51,516 nt of DNA, taken from positions 1 through 51,516 of the forward strand of contig JAYVUV010000436.1 in NCBI GenBank assembly GCA_043787615.1, given 5' to 3'. Positions within the stretch are counted from its first letter, which is position 1. Each line of letters begins with the position of its first letter. Of this stretch, positions 1 to 7,924 are shown piece after piece. The position numbers and the translations under genes are program-made. The notes under the pieces are model-generated. The model saw only the letters and a program-made list of their open reading frames with translations. It had not been told where the DNA came from and ran no database searches. The stretch comes from Janthinobacterium sp. GTDB taxonomy: Bacteria > Pseudomonadota > Gammaproteobacteria > Burkholderiales > Burkholderiaceae_D.

Positions 1-585
1 GACGACGACGGTGTGGGTCAGGCCCGTCGCGGCGTCGACGCCGATGTGGGCCTTCAGCCCGAAATGCCAGTCGTTGCCCTTCTTAGACTGGTGCATCTCC
101 GGGTCGCGCTTTTTGTCCTTGTTCTTGGTCGACGGTGGCGCGGCGATCAGCGTGGCGTCGACGATGGTGCCTTCGCGCATGATCAAACCCTGCTGCGCCA
201 GATGGCCATTGATGGTGTCGAGGATGGCGTGCGTGAGCTCGTTTTTCTCCAGCAGCCGGCGCAATTTGAGCAGCGTGGTCGCGTCCGGCGCCGACTCCCG
301 GTTGAGGTCGATACCGACAAAGTTGCGGGTGCCCTGGCTGTCGTAGATCGCGTCCTCCATGCCTTCGTCGGACAGTCCGAAACACTGCTGGGCGACATAC
401 ATGCGCAGCATGCGCGCCAGACCGATCGGCGGCCGGCCCGCCCCTTCGCCTTTCGGATAGAACGGCTCGACCAGCGCGTGCAGCCGCGACCAAGGCGTCA
501 GCTTGTCCATCTTGGCGAGGAAGATGTCGCGCCGCGTCAGCTTCTTTTTGGCGGCATATTCAACGTCGGAAAAGCTCTTCTGCAT
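1..585 (-). CDS. IS5-family DDE transposase (5' part; no stop in window, so absent from the ORF track)
   Basis: Read by hand from ATG at 585: MQKSFSDVEYAAKKKLTRRDIFL...GRPPIGLARMLRMY...APDATTLLKLRRLLE...GTIVDATLIAAPPSTKN...DPEMHQSKKGNDWHFGLKAHIGVD, in one frame to position 1. Confidence 0.95.
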   Translation of the reverse strand, partial: MQKSFSDVEYAAKKKLTRRDIFLAKMDKLTPWSRLHALVEPFYPKGEGAGRPPIGLARMLRMYVAQQCFGLSDEGMEDAIYDSQGTRNFVGIDLNRESAPDATTLLKLRRLLEKNELTHAILDTINGHLAQQGLIMREGTIVDATLIAAPPSTKNKDKKRDPEMHQSKKGNDWHFGLKAHIGVDAATGLTHTVVV

Positions 586-672
586 GGTCGATGTCGGGCT
601 ATGAGGATGTCGATATTGTCTCAGGTTGGGGGGCCGGCGGGAACGGTATCCAAGGAATAAATCAGTGCTTCC
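1..672 (-). mobile_element. IS5-family insertion sequence, left part (runs off the window start)
   Basis: Contains the transposase ORF. Terminal sequence on - strand GGAAGCACTGATTTA (658-672) is of IS5-subgroup type and abuts CTAG (673-676), the YTAR target typical of this subgroup. The other end is outside the window. Confidence 0.9.
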
Positions 673-870
673 CTAGGCCTAATGTAATAGAAACGTTTCT
701 CCCAAGGCAAGCGGGTATTGTGGGACTCACCCACCGTTATAGCTATCATAGCCCGCGCGCACCGCCAACTGTGGCGCCCAAACCGCATCCGGCGGCCCGT
801 CGTCGCTGGCAAACCCACCCGAAGCTGGTAATGTAGCGCATGCCCGGCGCGGGCGACCTGGAGAATCGAC

Positions 871-2313
871 ATGAAGACCATACACGCCGACGTGGCGGTG
901 ATCGGCAGCGGCACGGCCGGCTTGAGCGCCTACCGCGCCGCCAACTCGCACGGCAAACACACCGTCATTCTGGAAAGCGGGCCCTACGGCACCACCTGCG
1001 CCCGGGTCGGTTGCATGCCCAGCAAGTTGCTGATCGCGGCGGCCGAGGCGGCCCACGCCCTGACGCTGGCGCCGTCCTTCGGCGTGCATCCGCAAGGCGT
1101 GCGGATCGACGGCGCGGCCGTCATGGCGCGCGTGCGCAGCGAGCGCGACCGGTTTGTCGGCTTCGTGCTGGAAGGCATGGAACACCTGGCACCGGAACAC
1201 AAGATTCGCGGCCACGCCCGTTTCACCGGCCCGGGTCGCCTGCAAGTGGACCAGCACACCGTGATCGAGGCCGAACGGATCGTGATCGCCACCGGCTCGC
1301 ATCCGGTCATGCCGGCCGCCTGGGTCGAGGCCGGCCCGCGCGTGATCAGTAGCGACGCGGTGTTCGAGTGGACCGATCTGCCGAAATCGGTGGCCGTGAT
1401 CGGCAGCGGCGTGATCGGCCTGGAGTTGGGCCAGGCCCTGCATCGCCTGGGCGTGCGTGTGAGCCTGTACGCGCGCGGCGCCAGTGTGGCTCAGCTGAGC
1501 GACCCGGTGCTGATGCAAACGGCGGCCAAGGTGCTGGCGCATGAACTGGACCTGCGCTTCCAGCAGCAGGTGGTGGCGATCGAGCGCGACGGCGAGCAAG
1601 TGCTGCTGCGCAGCCGCGATGGCGACGGCCGGGAGCGCAGCGAGCGTTTCGACTACGTGCTCGTGGCGATCGGGCGCGAACCGAATCTGGCGCAACTGGG
1701 CCTGGAGCACACCGGATTGGCGCTGGACCGGCGCGGCGTGCCGCTGTTCGACCGGCACACCATGCAGTGCGGCGACAGCGCCATCTTCATCGCCGGCGAC
1801 GCCAGCGAGGAGCGGCCGCTGCTGCCGGAAGCCGCCGACCAGGGCCGCATCGCCGGCGACAACGCGGCCCGCTATCCGCAGGTGCAACCCGGACTGCGCC
1901 GCACCCCGCTGGCGGTGGCCTTTTGCGAACCGCAGATCGCCACCGTCGGCGCCACTTATCAAGCGCTGTGCCGCAGCCACGATGCCAAGTTCGCCATCGG
2001 CGCCGTCTCGTTCGAGAACCAGGGCCGCAGCCGCGTCATGCTGCAAAACCACGGCATGCTGCGGGTGTACGGCGAATTTGGCAGCGGCCGCTTTCTGGGC
2101 GCCGAAATGATCGGCCCGCGCGCCGAGCACTTGGGTCATCTGCTGGCCTGGGCTTGCCAAGCCAGGTTGACGGTGGCGGCCATGCTCGACATGCCGTTCT
2201 ACCATCCGGTGGTGGAGGAGGGCGTGCGCACGGCCTTGCGCGACTTGGCCGCCAACCTGAGCCGTCATCCCGAGACGGCCAGCGCCTGCCAGGATTGCAC
2301 GCCCGGTTGCTGA
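871..2313 (+). CDS. Dihydrolipoamide dehydrogenase-like pyridine nucleotide-disulfide oxidoreductase
   Basis: FAD motif GSGTAG, redox CARVGC, NAD motif GSGVIG, C-terminal HPxxEE; GGAGA RBS upstream. Confidence 0.88.
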   Translation: MKTIHADVAVIGSGTAGLSAYRAANSHGKHTVILESGPYGTTCARVGCMPSKLLIAAAEAAHALTLAPSFGVHPQGVRIDGAAVMARVRSERDRFVGFVLEGMEHLAPEHKIRGHARFTGPGRLQVDQHTVIEAERIVIATGSHPVMPAAWVEAGPRVISSDAVFEWTDLPKSVAVIGSGVIGLELGQALHRLGVRVSLYARGASVAQLSDPVLMQTAAKVLAHELDLRFQQQVVAIERDGEQVLLRSRDGDGRERSERFDYVLVAIGREPNLAQLGLEHTGLALDRRGVPLFDRHTMQCGDSAIFIAGDASEERPLLPEAADQGRIAGDNAARYPQVQPGLRRTPLAVAFCEPQIATVGATYQALCRSHDAKFAIGAVSFENQGRSRVMLQNHGMLRVYGEFGSGRFLGAEMIGPRAEHLGHLLAWACQARLTVAAMLDMPFYHPVVEEGVRTALRDLAANLSRHPETASACQDCTPGC

Positions 2314-2335
2314 CGCGGGCGTCGGCCCGGCGGGC

Positions 2336-2818
2336 CTAGTTCAGCAGCGCGTCCAGGCGGCCCTCGCGCGCCAGATCGCGCAGCACGCGGATGGTGTCGA
2401 TATCCGATTCCTGATAGGCCGAGCGGCGGAAATCGTCGTACATGGCGTTGGCCGCGTCGGTGGCCGCGTCGTGGCCGTCGTCGTACTGGAAGCGCACCCA
2501 CAGGGTATCGGCGGTGGGCGCTTCGATGGTCATGGTCAGGCTGGAGGCGCTGATATCCTTTTGCGGCGCCACTTGGTAGCGCACCCGGTGCGGCGCCTCC
2601 AGCACCACTTCGTCCTCGATCACCAGTTCGCCGTAGCGCAGGCTGCGGTGAAATCCTGTGTCGTGACGGCGCCCGATCTGGCATTCGTCCAGATGCGGCA
2701 CGAACAGCTTGGGCGATTCGGCCCGCAGCACCAGGCCGCGCCACAGTTGTTCGTGGCTGAGGGTATCGATCAGCGGATTGAGCGGATCGTTGATTTCGAT
2801 GAGATGTTCAAATTTCAT
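2336..2818 (-). CDS. SRPBCC/DUF1857-type (AtaL-like) protein
   Basis: MKFEHLIEINDP...QLWRGLVLRAESPKLFVP pattern. Start moved to the internal ATG at 2818. Confidence 0.7.
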   Translation of the reverse strand: MKFEHLIEINDPLNPLIDTLSHEQLWRGLVLRAESPKLFVPHLDECQIGRRHDTGFHRSLRYGELVIEDEVVLEAPHRVRYQVAPQKDISASSLTMTIEAPTADTLWVRFQYDDGHDAATDAANAMYDDFRRSAYQESDIDTIRVLRDLAREGRLDALLN

Positions 2819-2991
2819 GGCACGGCCGTCAAAAAAGGTGGGGGCAGCGCGGCCCGGATCGCCACTATATTCGGGCAATTCGCATTTTATCAATGTTTGC
2901 GGACGGCGGCCCGGCCACGCTCGCGTCCCCGTCCGCCGGGCGGGACGACACTGCTACAATGGCCAGCTGTTTCCCAGCCAGATTGCCGCCG

Positions 2992-5058
2992 ATGTCCAAC
3001 GCTCCGAAGTTCGGCCTGAACGCGCCCCAGAGCGCCGCGGTCACCTATCTCGACGGGCCGTGCCTGGTGCTGGCCGGGGCCGGCTCGGGCAAGACGCGCG
3101 TGATCACGCAAAAGATCGCCCACTTGATCGAGGATCGCGGCTACGATCCGCGCACCATCGCCGCCCTTACCTTCACCAACAAGGCCGCGCTGGAGATGCA
3201 GGAGCGCATCGCCAAATTGCTCAAGCAGCCGCGCCAGGCCAAGCAGTTGACGGTGTCGACCTTCCATTCGCTGGGCGTGAAAATCCTGCGCCAGGAAGCG
3301 GGCGGGGTCGGCTTGAAGGACCGCTTTTCCATCATGGATAGCGACGATTGTTATTCGCTGGTGCAGGATCTGGCCGTCAGCACCGACAAGCAAGAAATCC
3401 GCCGCATTCAGAACGCCATTTCGCTGTGGAAAAACGGCTTGATCGACCCGGAACTGGCGCTGACCCAGGCCAAGGACGAAGACGAGGCGAACGCGGCGCG
3501 CATCTTCCGCAGCTATGTGGCGACCCTGTCGGCCTATCAAGCGGTCGATTTCGACGACTTGATCCGGCTGCCGGTGGAACTGTTCCGCCAGAACGAGGCG
3601 GTGCGCGACCGCTGGCAGCGCCGCCTGCGTTATCTGCTGGTCGACGAGTACCAGGACACCAATACCTGCCAGTACGAGCTGGTCAAGTTGATGGTGACGG
3701 GCATCGGCAAGAAGCCGATGTTCACCGCCGTGGGCGACGACGATCAAGCCATCTACGCCTGGCGCGGCGCCACGGTGGAAAACTTGAAGACGCTGCAAGT
3801 CGATTTTCCCGACCTGCAAGTGATCAAGCTGGAGCAAAATTACCGCTCCACCACGCGCATCCTGCAGGCGGCCAACGCCGTGATCGGCAACAATCCCAAG
3901 TTGTTCGACAAGTCGCTGTGGTCGGAACACGGCCTGGGCGAGCCGATCACCGTGCTGGGCATGCAAAACGACGAGCAGGAGGCCGAGCAGGTGGCCGTCA
4001 TGATGTCGGCCCACCGCTTCGAGCGCAAGACCAAGTGGTCCGACTACGCCATTTTGTATCGCGGCAATCATCAGGCGCGCGTGATCGAACAAGCCCTGCG
4101 CAAGGAACGCATCGCTTACACCATCTCCGGCGGTCAGAGCTTTTTCGACAAGGCCGAAATCAAGGACATCATCAGTTATTTGCGCCTGCTGGCCAACGCC
4201 GACGACGATCCGGCCTTCATCCGCGCCGTCACCACGCCGCGGCGCGGGGTGGGGCAATCGACCCTGGAAGTGTTGGGCGCGTTTTCCGGCCAGTGGCAGT
4301 GCTCCCTGTTCGAGGCGGTGTTCAAGGGCGGCATCGAGGCCAAGCTGACCGACCGTCAGCTGGCGCCGCTGCGCGACTTCTGCAACTTCATCAACGACCT
4401 GGAATCGCGCGCCAGCCGGCCCGGGCCGGCCGGCAGCGGCGACAACGCGGCCGAGGTGTTGGACGATATGATGAAGGAAATGCACTACGAATCGTATCTG
4501 TACGATGCCTTCGAGGAGCGCCAAGCCCAAAGCAAGTGGCAAAACGTGCTGGAATTCACCAACTGGCTCAAGGAGCGGGGCCGGGGCGGCAAGGATGGCG
4601 CCGGCGAAGAGAAAAACGTGCTGGAGCTGACCCAGATGGTTGCCTTGATGACCATGCTGGAAGGCAAGGACGAGGAGCCGGACGCGGTGCGCATGTCCAC
4701 CCTGCACGCCTCCAAGGGACTGGAGTTTCCGCACGTGTTTTTGGTCGGCGTGGAGGAGGGCATCTTGCCGCATCGCGGCGACGCCGACGCGCCGATCGAG
4801 AGCCTGGCCGCGCGCATCGAGGAAGAGCGGCGCCTGATGTATGTGGGTATCACGCGCGCCCAGCGCAGCTTGACGGTGACTTGGTGCAAGAAGCGCAAGC
4901 GGGCCGGCGAGCAAGTCCATTGCGACGTGTCGCGCTTCATCAAGGAAATGGAACTCGACGTCGGCACGGCGGTGCCGACCGAGTCGGAAGTGCTGTCGCC
5001 CAAGGAGCGGCTGGCGCGGATGAAGGAGTTGCTGGCCACGCCGAAAACGCCGACGTGA
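2992..5058 (+). CDS. rep: Rep/UvrD-family SF1 DNA helicase
   Basis: AGAGSGKT, TFTNKAA, VDEYQD, LEQNYRS, TLHASKGLEF, EEERRLMYVGITRA motifs. No UvrD C-terminal extension, which fits Rep. Confidence 0.9.
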   Translation: MSNAPKFGLNAPQSAAVTYLDGPCLVLAGAGSGKTRVITQKIAHLIEDRGYDPRTIAALTFTNKAALEMQERIAKLLKQPRQAKQLTVSTFHSLGVKILRQEAGGVGLKDRFSIMDSDDCYSLVQDLAVSTDKQEIRRIQNAISLWKNGLIDPELALTQAKDEDEANAARIFRSYVATLSAYQAVDFDDLIRLPVELFRQNEAVRDRWQRRLRYLLVDEYQDTNTCQYELVKLMVTGIGKKPMFTAVGDDDQAIYAWRGATVENLKTLQVDFPDLQVIKLEQNYRSTTRILQAANAVIGNNPKLFDKSLWSEHGLGEPITVLGMQNDEQEAEQVAVMMSAHRFERKTKWSDYAILYRGNHQARVIEQALRKERIAYTISGGQSFFDKAEIKDIISYLRLLANADDDPAFIRAVTTPRRGVGQSTLEVLGAFSGQWQCSLFEAVFKGGIEAKLTDRQLAPLRDFCNFINDLESRASRPGPAGSGDNAAEVLDDMMKEMHYESYLYDAFEERQAQSKWQNVLEFTNWLKERGRGGKDGAGEEKNVLELTQMVALMTMLEGKDEEPDAVRMSTLHASKGLEFPHVFLVGVEEGILPHRGDADAPIESLAARIEEERRLMYVGITRAQRSLTVTWCKKRKRAGEQVHCDVSRFIKEMELDVGTAVPTESEVLSPKERLARMKELLATPKTPT

Positions 5059-5072
5059 GCCGGCTTGTTCAG

Positions 5073-5885
5073 CTAGTGCGACCTTTGATCGAGGATCGTA
5101 GGCGCTCCCGGCTTTTCACATGGTCCGCCGGTAAATTCCCCTTTTGGATCTTCCGGGTTAATACAACGCATTTCTAATTTCTTTGTTTTTTTATTTCGCT
5201 CTCTAATATATTTAGCATCAATGCTAAAGATTTCTTTTTTTAAACTGCTTTTGGAGGAGCCGGTCCATTTAAATTCGTAACCTGTTTCGGTGATTTTTAA
5301 ATTGGAAGTTGGAATCGGGCTTGCCTCTGGAAATTTTTCAACTTTATTGTCTGAATATCCACTCCAAAAGGAAAACATAGATGCTGTTTCCATATCATAT
5401 AAAAAATAGTCGGTTCCTCTATAAGACTCATTCTTTCCATATTCAAATAATGGACATTTTTTCCTGATTACAGCATGTTTTTCCGATGCATCGAGAATTT
5501 CAAGATTGTAGTTTGGACAAACATTGTTGCTGCTCGAGGGAGCACCAATTTGGAATATTTGCTTAAGTCCGTTTTTCTCAATGGTTAAGTAACCTTTTTT
5601 TGGATCGAGGCGCATATTAAGTCCGATATTTTTGATTATCGAAACCGTCAAGTCATCAGAAGATACAGCGCTTGAAAATAATTTAAAATAATACCATCGA
5701 TCGCTATCGCTGCCATTGTCGCGTATTTTTTTTAACTCTGCGTTTAAGTCCGGTATATGAAGAACGGAAGGCTTTTGCGTCGATATATCAGGAGAGCAAT
5801 GTTCGCTTGGACAATTAATTTCTTCTGCATCAATATTCAGCGAAAAAAATAATAACGAAAGTAAAATTGTTATGTGTTTCATCAT
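5073..5885 (-). CDS. Exported Cys-containing hypothetical protein, probable T6SS immunity protein
   Basis: Sec-type signal peptide (MKHITILLSLLFFSLNIDA). AT-rich; starts 2 nt after the effector stop. The immunity role is inferred from position. Confidence 0.7.
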   Translation of the reverse strand: MMKHITILLSLLFFSLNIDAEEINCPSEHCSPDISTQKPSVLHIPDLNAELKKIRDNGSDSDRWYYFKLFSSAVSSDDLTVSIIKNIGLNMRLDPKKGYLTIEKNGLKQIFQIGAPSSSNNVCPNYNLEILDASEKHAVIRKKCPLFEYGKNESYRGTDYFLYDMETASMFSFWSGYSDNKVEKFPEASPIPTSNLKITETGYEFKWTGSSKSSLKKEIFSIDAKYIRERNKKTKKLEMRCINPEDPKGEFTGGPCEKPGAPTILDQRSH

Positions 5886-5887
5886 AT

Positions 5888-7912
5888 TTAATTTGGTCGA
5901 TTGGTACAGTTATTGATAAAAGGTAAAGGGTTGATGCGATAGGCTTGTGTGGCGGGGTATGCAAGAACTATTTTTCTAACCTCAAAATGCAAGTGCGCGC
6001 CTGTAGATATAGTTTTCATTTTGCTCGCATTCCCCGTGCAACCTGTTTTTCCTATGATATCGCCCGCATGCACGGTTTGCCCGTTAATTACGTTAAATTC
6101 ACTTAAATGGCCATAAAAAAAACCTATACGATTTTCGTCTGGATATATATTCTGAAATGCTCTCAACTGGTCTTCAGCCAAATCGTTAATTCCAACTATC
6201 AACATAATATTTTTGCCATAGTCGCCATTTTGGTGAATTGGTATAACTATTTTTCCATTTGCTACGGCTCTAATCGGTGTCTCTAGCTCGGCAATCAAAT
6301 CCAATCCTTGATGGCCTTTAGGTGAGCCATCTTTTGCTATTCGGGTCATCCCAAATGTCGCACTCATTATACTTGCAAGCCCTGCTACTCGTATAGTACA
6401 GCATGCCAAGGGATCAAACCACCGACTTTCGCTACCCGACTCAGAAATCATTGAAGCCGAATTGGCTGCAACGGTTGAGACTTTGGCTGGCACCGAAGTC
6501 GTCGTCATAGATGTCGATACGGCAGTGACTGGTTCGGTATTTATCTGTTTCGCAGCGGTGGAAATATTTTCCACATTCTTTTTTTCTTTAGTCTTTTTTG
6601 GCTTTGGTTTTGGGATAGGGGGTTGCGAATTTATTTCGCCAACGATATCCGCTATTTTTCGTGGTTTTTTAGATAAATTAGGATTTATCAAAAAATTGTT
6701 AACATTTATTTCTGAATCTATTAATGAAAACAACCAGCCACTATAGGCTTGTGCGGCACTTCCATCATATTGGTCTATTAATTCTTCCAGTTTCTTTTTA
6801 TTTTTTAATTGCAGAGAAAGCAAATAGTTCGCCTTAACTTCTTTAAAATTTTCGGATTTTCCAAAATGCAGCATCGCATTACCAATTCCATCATGATGAA
6901 GAAGGTAAGCAAGTTTCGCTTTGTCTTCCGCTGGCAGCGCTTCCGAAGACCAGCCGGTTTTAGCCTTTAGATATTTTAGATTTATTTCGATATATGCTGC
7001 CAACCCATCAATTGCATATTTTGAATCGCAACGTTTTTTCAGTACAACGTCGAAATGTAAATTTTTGCAATCGGAATGTAACAAACTCTTTGGAAAATTA
7101 AAGACGTCGGTCCAACCATCTGGGAAAAATTGCGCAACCCCTTGGGCTTGGCTCGGGTCTGAAATATTCGAGTCTTCTTGCCAAGCGCCATCCTTTCCTT
7201 TAAATGCTTCGACCTGCAAAAACGCAGCAATAGCCTGCGGCGTTGTATCATATTTTTTTGCGGCTGCCAAAATATAGGAACGGTATTTTTCGTTTGCTGG
7301 AAGTAGTCGTAAATTTTCCGACGTGTAGATTGTTGCCAAGGCATGCGTTGGCGCCCCGCTTTCCACACGGGTCTGTTCCTGAACCACTTCCCCGCTATTT
7401 TTTTGCGCCATAGCGGTGGTGCTCGCCTTCACCTTTTCGGTCGTGGCCTGGGGCTTGCCATTTTCCGGCAACATATTGCCCTGAATTTTAATTTTGCGCG
7501 AATCGACCGATAACGCCCATTTTCCCAAAGGAAGCACCGCCTCGTCCATCACTTGAACGTGCGCTTTGAGCAGATCCTCCACCCAGACTTTCAATCCCTG
7601 GGCGTGGTCGGCAATACTCAGCATCAGAGAGTCCTTGCCCATCATGTCGTGTGTGGTCTTTACGCCATCGTGTTCGACAATGACTTTTTTAGGCGTGAAA
7701 ATCTGCGAGTTCAGGCCACGGAATTCCAGTTTAAACATGCAATCAGGATCTTCATGGTCCGCGCCTGGAACGTGCAACTTCTGGCCAATTTTGAGATCGT
7801 GAACACGATGACCTTTTATGCCGTTTATCTTCGCCAAGGCGTCGACCGTTGTGCCATGTGTTTTGGCGATTTTCCAAAGGCTGTCCTTGGCTTGTACGAT
7901 GTATTCTTGCAT
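5888..7912 (-). CDS. Putative T6SS peptidoglycan-hydrolase effector: LysM + lysozyme/SLT-like + M23 peptidase
   Basis: LysM (YIVQAKDSLWKIAK...LKIGQKLHVP); central IAAFLQVE...AQGVAQF...YLLHHDGIG; M23 motifs HQGLD, YGHLS, HLHFE. No signal peptide; directly downstream of vgrG. Confidence 0.82.
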   Translation of the reverse strand: MQEYIVQAKDSLWKIAKTHGTTVDALAKINGIKGHRVHDLKIGQKLHVPGADHEDPDCMFKLEFRGLNSQIFTPKKVIVEHDGVKTTHDMMGKDSLMLSIADHAQGLKVWVEDLLKAHVQVMDEAVLPLGKWALSVDSRKIKIQGNMLPENGKPQATTEKVKASTTAMAQKNSGEVVQEQTRVESGAPTHALATIYTSENLRLLPANEKYRSYILAAAKKYDTTPQAIAAFLQVEAFKGKDGAWQEDSNISDPSQAQGVAQFFPDGWTDVFNFPKSLLHSDCKNLHFDVVLKKRCDSKYAIDGLAAYIEINLKYLKAKTGWSSEALPAEDKAKLAYLLHHDGIGNAMLHFGKSENFKEVKANYLLSLQLKNKKKLEELIDQYDGSAAQAYSGWLFSLIDSEINVNNFLINPNLSKKPRKIADIVGEINSQPPIPKPKPKKTKEKKNVENISTAAKQINTEPVTAVSTSMTTTSVPAKVSTVAANSASMISESGSESRWFDPLACCTIRVAGLASIMSATFGMTRIAKDGSPKGHQGLDLIAELETPIRAVANGKIVIPIHQNGDYGKNIMLIVGINDLAEDQLRAFQNIYPDENRIGFFYGHLSEFNVINGQTVHAGDIIGKTGCTGNASKMKTISTGAHLHFEVRKIVLAYPATQAYRINPLPFINNCTNRPN

Positions 7913-7924
7913 TGCCTTGTCCTA

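Noticed and set aside
11-660. + strand ORFs of 111 and 215 aa
   Set aside because: They are antisense shadows of the IS5 transposase on the - strand.
2305-2340. Gly-Cys-TGA ending of the Lpd-like gene, reminiscent of the selenocysteine GCUG motif of thioredoxin reductases
   Set aside because: The next codon is Arg, there is no convincing bacterial SECIS, and read-through would run into the convergent gene.
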